A program made the translations under genes and the position numbers. 64,000 nucleotides of DNA from an uncultured Bulleidia sp. (lineage in GTDB: Bacteria; Bacillota_I; Bacilli_A; Erysipelotrichales; Erysipelotrichaceae): NCBI GenBank assembly GCA_963556805.1, contig CAUWCC010000003.1, positions 2,401 through 66,400 on the forward strand, written 5' to 3'. Below the pieces are notes generated by a model. That model was not told the origin of the DNA. It saw only the letters and a program-made list of their open reading frames with translations, and made no database searches. Positions 59,964-64,000 of the stretch are shown piece by piece. Position 1 is the first letter of the stretch, and each line of letters begins with the position of its first letter.

Positions 59964-60707
59964 ATGAGTACGGAAGAATTCAAGGTTACGATAGATGCTT
60001 TCAGTGGTCCTTTGGATCTCATGCTGCATTTGATCAAAGAAAAACAGCTGGATCTATTCGATCTAGATATGAATGTTTTAACAGATCAATATATTTCATT
60101 CATTAATAATATGAATGAGATGCATTTGGAAGTGGCAGGAGAATACTTGGCGGAAATGGCTTCATTATTAGAATATAAGTCACGTAAGATGATACCTGGT
60201 ACAAAGGATGAATTGGAAGTAGAAGAAGATGCGAAAGAGAAGCTTGTTAAGAGATTGTTGGAATATCAGCAATATAAGGAAGCTTCCCAACAATTGGAAG
60301 GCATGCTGGAAGATAGAAGTTTATCGATCAGCAGACCTTTATTAAAAGAAGCAGAACTTTGGATCAAAGAACCTGATGACAAAAGTGTTACAGGAAGTCC
60401 GTATGATTTATTAAAGGCGATGTGCAAGCTGCGTTATCGCCGCCAAATACAGACACCACAAGTACGTTCCTATACGATCAAGGAGATCTCGATCGAGGAT
60501 AGACAATTAGAAGTAACGGCAAGATTGGGTGATCTGCCTGATACATTTCGCTTTGAACGTTTATTGGAGGATTGTGCTGGAAATGCACCTAAGGCAATTG
60601 CGACATTTATTGCTGTCTTAGATCTTGCCCGTCAACATGTCTTGTATTTTACTGTAGAAGAAGATGAATCGATCTGGTTTACGAGAGGAGAGATCGGACA
60701 TGAGTGA
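59964..60707 (+). CDS. scpA: Segregation and condensation protein A
   Basis: FSGPLDLMLHLI, AGEYL..MA.LL.YKSR, LV.RLLEYQQYK, TFIAVLDL. Confidence 0.93.
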   Translation: MSTEEFKVTIDAFSGPLDLMLHLIKEKQLDLFDLDMNVLTDQYISFINNMNEMHLEVAGEYLAEMASLLEYKSRKMIPGTKDELEVEEDAKEKLVKRLLEYQQYKEASQQLEGMLEDRSLSISRPLLKEAELWIKEPDDKSVTGSPYDLLKAMCKLRYRRQIQTPQVRSYTIKEISIEDRQLEVTARLGDLPDTFRFERLLEDCAGNAPKAIATFIAVLDLARQHVLYFTVEEDESIWFTRGEIGHE

Positions 60708-61278
60708 AGAGTTATTGGAAACATCTGAAGAATCTATACAGTCCAGGGCTGTTTTGGAAGGGTTGTTATATATAACAGGTGATGAAGGTATTACTTTGGA
60801 GCAGGCAGCTAAGGCATTGGATATTTCTTGTGAAAAGGCAGAATTACTGCTGGTGGATCTTCAGAAAGTATATGCTGCAGATGGACATGGTGTAGAACTG
60901 GCACATTATGGCTGTGCTTATAAGTTTGTTTCAAAAGCATTTGTGCATCCCTATGCAGCTAAGTTATTTACTTTAGATAAACCATCAAAGTTATCCCCTG
61001 CTGCTTTGGAGACACTTGCAATCGTGGCATATAAGCAACCGATCACGCGGGTTGAGATCGAAGAGATACGTGGTGTTGGAGCAGATGTTATGTTAAAAAA
61101 ACTAATGGCACGCGGTTTGATCAAAGAAGAAGGCCGCAGTGATGCGCCTGGCAGACCGATCCTATATGTTGTTACGGAAGCATTCATGGATGCCTTTGGT
61201 ATCTCTACATTAGATGAATTGCCTCAATTGCCGACATTTGAAGAAGAAAACAGTGATCTGTTTCAGAGTCAGGCATGA
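60700..61278 (+). CDS. scpB: Segregation and condensation protein B
   Basis: LEGLLYI.GDEG, LSPAALETLAIVAYKQPITR.EIE.IRGV, PGRPILY..T..F..FG...L.ELP. Confidence 0.95.
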   Translation: MSEELLETSEESIQSRAVLEGLLYITGDEGITLEQAAKALDISCEKAELLLVDLQKVYAADGHGVELAHYGCAYKFVSKAFVHPYAAKLFTLDKPSKLSPAALETLAIVAYKQPITRVEIEEIRGVGADVMLKKLMARGLIKEEGRSDAPGRPILYVVTEAFMDAFGISTLDELPQLPTFEEENSDLFQSQA

Positions 61279-61784
61279 TGAAGGTGTGGAAGAAGGTGTG
61301 CTCTGTAATATTAGCAGGTATGTTGCTTGCTGGTTGTGCAGATTGGCACTTATTGGCTGTATCTTTACAAAGTAATGATACAAATATTATTGAGAAAGAT
61401 CAGACACCAGCAGAAGAGAAAGCTGAAAAGATCATGGAAAATCTTGGTCTTGCGGACAAAATGGCAGCACTGAAAGAAAGAAATATGCGTTCTTTAGTCT
61501 TTCAGGGTGATGAAATTTATAGTGATGGTGTAATATATCTTTCGACAGAACAAAAGAGTGATTCTGTGGGTGTTTTTTATGTGACGGACTTTGACAAGGC
61601 TCTATCACATGTGAAAGAATATCTCAGTTCTTTAAAGACACAGACAAATGTATATGATTTCTCGGAGATGTTTAAGATCTCCAACGCAGTAGTAGCTGAT
61701 AACGGGACTGATCTGATCGTTATGATCATATGTTCTGATATTGAAGAAGCAAAGAAGTTAGCTGAGGAAGCAGTTCGTGACTGA
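61275..61784 (+). CDS. Lipoprotein, DUF4358-like
   Basis: VILAGMLLAGC lipobox; C-terminal VGVF...Y...KISNAV...G..I.MII.SD pattern resembles DUF4358. Confidence 0.6.
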   Translation: MMKVWKKVCSVILAGMLLAGCADWHLLAVSLQSNDTNIIEKDQTPAEEKAEKIMENLGLADKMAALKERNMRSLVFQGDEIYSDGVIYLSTEQKSDSVGVFYVTDFDKALSHVKEYLSSLKTQTNVYDFSEMFKISNAVVADNGTDLIVMIICSDIEEAKKLAEEAVRD

Positions 61785-61818
61785 AGCTGATCGATGATCA
61801 AACAAGGAGGGTGCAAGC

Positions 61819-63120
61819 ATGATTGATCGTTATTCTCGTCCTGAAATGAGGGCAATCTGGAGTGAAGAAAGCAAGTTCCAGGCATGGTTGGATGTTGAGA
61901 TCCTGATTGATGAGGCATGGAGCAAATTGGGTGAGATCCCAGCAGAAGATGTTGAAAAGATTAAGGCAAATGCAAAGTTCAACGTAGATCGTATTCTGGA
62001 GATCGAAAAGGAAACAAGACATGATGTTGTTGCCTTCACAAGATGTGTTTCTGAGAGTCTTGGTGAAGAGAAGAAGTGGGTGCACTATGGTGTTACAAGT
62101 ACTGATGTTGTAGATACAGCAAATGGTATTCGTTTCAAGAAGGCAAATGAGATCCTGCGTAAGGATCTGCATGACTTCATGGATATTTTGAAGGAAAATG
62201 CTTTGAAGTACAAAGATACACCGATGATCGGCAGAACACATGGTGTACATGCTGAAATCACTTCCTTTGGTTTGGTATTTGCCCTTTGGTATGAAGAGAT
62301 GAAGAGAAACTTGGAACGTTTCGAATTGGCTGCAGCGGATGTAGAATGTGGCAAGATCTCTGGTGCTGTAGGTACATTTGCAAACATTCCACCGTTTGTT
62401 CAGGATTATGTATGTGAGCATTTGGGTATTCATTCTGCTGCTATTTCTACACAGGTATTGCAGCGTGATCGTCATGCACACTATTTTGGCACTTTGGCAT
62501 TGATTGGCGGCTGCTTGGAACAGATGGCTACTGAGATCCGTCACTTGCAAAGAACAGAGGTTCGTGAAGCTGAGGAACATTTTAACAAGGGGCAGAAGGG
62601 TTCTAGTGCTATGCCACATAAGAGAAATCCGATCGGTTCTGAGAACATCTGTGGTTGTGCAAGAGTCTTGAAGGGCTACATGGTCACAGCATATGAGGAT
62701 ATCCCGCTTTGGCATGAAAGAGATATCTCCCATTCCTCTGCTGAACGTATCATTGCACCAGATGCAACAGCTTTGCTTGATTATATGCTGACTCGTTTCG
62801 GTAATATCTTGAAGAACTTGACAGTATTCCCTGAGAATATGAAGAAGAACATTTGGGCTACAAATGGTGTTATCTTCTCTCAGAGATTTATGTTGAAACT
62901 CGTTGAAAAGGGCTGGTCTCGTGAAAAGGCTTATGATACAGTTCAGCCGCAGGCTATTATTGCTTGGGAAGAGAACAAGAACTTTAAGGAACTTATGGAA
63001 GCGCAGCCGGAAGTTACAGCTGCTCTTACACAGGAAGAGATCGATGACTGCTTTGATCTGGCATACCATCTTCGTAATGTAGATACGATTTTCAAGAGGG
63101 TAGGTTTGATCGCTGAATAA
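61819..63120 (+). CDS. purB: Adenylosuccinate lyase
   Basis: [59 protein letters not shown]. Confidence 0.98.
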   Translation: MIDRYSRPEMRAIWSEESKFQAWLDVEILIDEAWSKLGEIPAEDVEKIKANAKFNVDRILEIEKETRHDVVAFTRCVSESLGEEKKWVHYGVTSTDVVDTANGIRFKKANEILRKDLHDFMDILKENALKYKDTPMIGRTHGVHAEITSFGLVFALWYEEMKRNLERFELAAADVECGKISGAVGTFANIPPFVQDYVCEHLGIHSAAISTQVLQRDRHAHYFGTLALIGGCLEQMATEIRHLQRTEVREAEEHFNKGQKGSSAMPHKRNPIGSENICGCARVLKGYMVTAYEDIPLWHERDISHSSAERIIAPDATALLDYMLTRFGNILKNLTVFPENMKKNIWATNGVIFSQRFMLKLVEKGWSREKAYDTVQPQAIIAWEENKNFKELMEAQPEVTAALTQEEIDDCFDLAYHLRNVDTIFKRVGLIAE

Positions 63121-63128
63121 TCATTCTT

Positions 63129-63152
63129 AGACTGCATAAATGCAGTCTTTTT
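63129..63152 (+). terminator. Terminator after purB
   Basis: AGACTGCAT-AA-ATGCAGTCT plus T run. Confidence 0.8.
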
Positions 63153-63179
63153 ATATGGAATCGTACTGTTACAAATAGA

Positions 63180-63206
63180 AAAGACCGATCTTGTTGATCG
63201 GTCTTT
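63180..63206 (-). terminator. Hairpin at the MATE gene stop (probable terminator)
   Basis: Perfect AAAGACCGATC-TTGTT-GATCGGTCTTT overlapping the stop codon. Confidence 0.65.
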
Positions 63207-64000
63207 AGTGACTGGAGACAAGGTCATTGACCCAGATCCTCTTATGTACAAGGAAGAGACCTAGGATGACTTTGTAAAGGTCTAGAAGATGCAGGATCAA
63301 GTACATCGTAATGATGTTGAATCCTGTAAAATGTGCCAGGATAAAGGCAACTGGAAAGGATACGGCCATCGTGCCGACGGAATCAAACAAGAAGGTGATC
63401 ACAGTCTTTCCGCCAGAACGTAAGGTAAAGTAGCTGGCATTATAGATTGCAGAGATCCACAATGTGAGACCATATATACGTAACATACCAGCAGAATGAG
63501 CACGGATTACATCGGTCGTGTTATAGAACTGTGGGAAGATCGGAGCGGTAAGGAATAGGATCACCCCAAGACCTAAGGATACAAGAACTGCAAAGACGAT
63601 CAATCGTCTATCTGTTTCCACAGCACCATCTAGGTCAGAAGCACCAAGTCTTTGACCGACCATGATAGAGATACAATCACCGATTGCTAAATTGAAGACG
63701 AAGAATACATTCTCGATCGTTGTTGTAATGTTGTAAGAAGCAACAGCATCGATGCCACGCACGGAATAGCATTGTGCGATGGCTGCCATACCAATGGACC
63801 AAAGTATCTCGTTGGCAATGAGCGGCATACCTTTTAGGATAATATTCTTAACTAAGTATGCTGGAACATGGAAGCCGGTGATCACATGCTCGAAGAATGG
63901 GAAACGCTCCTTACTTCGTTTTGCCCCAATTAAGATAACTGCTAATTCAGCAAATCGAGAAATGACTGTAGCTGTAGCAGCACCGGCAGCCCCCATAGCT
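63205..64000 (-). CDS. MATE family efflux transporter, 3' part (start beyond the window)
   Basis: MGAAGAATATVISR, VGQRLGA, LRSGG.T, multiple TMs, W..DLV C-terminus. Confidence 0.9.
   Translation of the reverse strand, partial: AMGAAGAATATVISRFAELAVILIGAKRSKERFPFFEHVITGFHVPAYLVKNIILKGMPLIANEILWSIGMAAIAQCYSVRGIDAVASYNITTTIENVFFVFNLAIGDCISIMVGQRLGASDLDGAVETDRRLIVFAVLVSLGLGVILFLTAPIFPQFYNTTDVIRAHSAGMLRIYGLTLWISAIYNASYFTLRSGGKTVITFLFDSVGTMAVSFPVAFILAHFTGFNIITMYLILHLLDLYKVILGLFLVHKRIWVNDLVSSH

Noticed and set aside
61798-63069. 423-aa antisense ORF over purB (also 2180-3082 over glyQS, 18611-19408 over pnp, and many shorter shadow ORFs)
   Set aside because: Exact shadows of highly biased genes whose codon usage avoids TTA/CTA/TCA; no SD or recognisable motifs.
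1-64000. tRNA, rRNA, CRISPR arrays, IS or prophage genes
   Set aside because: No cloverleaf-like sequences, regularly spaced repeats, or transposase, integrase or phage motifs seen; intergenic gaps are short and explained by promoters and terminators.

Overview
Almost entirely core chromosome of a low-GC Firmicute. Protein similarity from memory and gene order suggest Erysipelotrichaceae (Solobacterium/Bulleidia-like); this is inference. Gene order: cdd(3' end)-era-recO-glyQS-dnaG-sigA-trmK, rpsT(-), fmt-lepA-hemW, rpsO, an ABC exporter with a 1291-aa permease, desulfoferrodoxin, pnp-trmB, two unknown genes, a YtxG-like gene plus an orphan plus ccpA, tyrS, murC(-), a lipoprotein-MurJ-like-rsuA block, ispH(-), cshB-nfo, ispG(-), rpmG, an MBL hydrolase, a complete comGA-GG competence pilus operon, efp, FMN riboswitch-ribU, cmk-der-gpsA, ponA(-), dnaE, an OmpR/HK pair, a tRNA methyltransferase, three hydrolase-fold genes with degraded catalytic motifs, T-box-leuS, an alpha/beta hydrolase, scpAB, purB and a partial MATE(-). 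I saw no tRNA, rRNA, CRISPR array, phage or IS element. Most notable signals: (1) a ~190-nt structured RNA with its own promoter in front of murC (6S-like or a new cis-regulator); (2) a cluster of three adjacent pseudo- or variant hydrolases (M20, metallophosphoesterase, HAD); (3) strong window-wide GATC over-abundance; (4) a stand-alone SftA-N-terminus-like SPI[FY]G protein next to a YtxG/FacZ-like gene; (5) several apparently leaderless genes, with S1 absent from both of its usual loci; (6) cre sites on the glyQS-dnaG-sigA and ccpA promoters. All family calls come from motifs read by eye; no searches were run.
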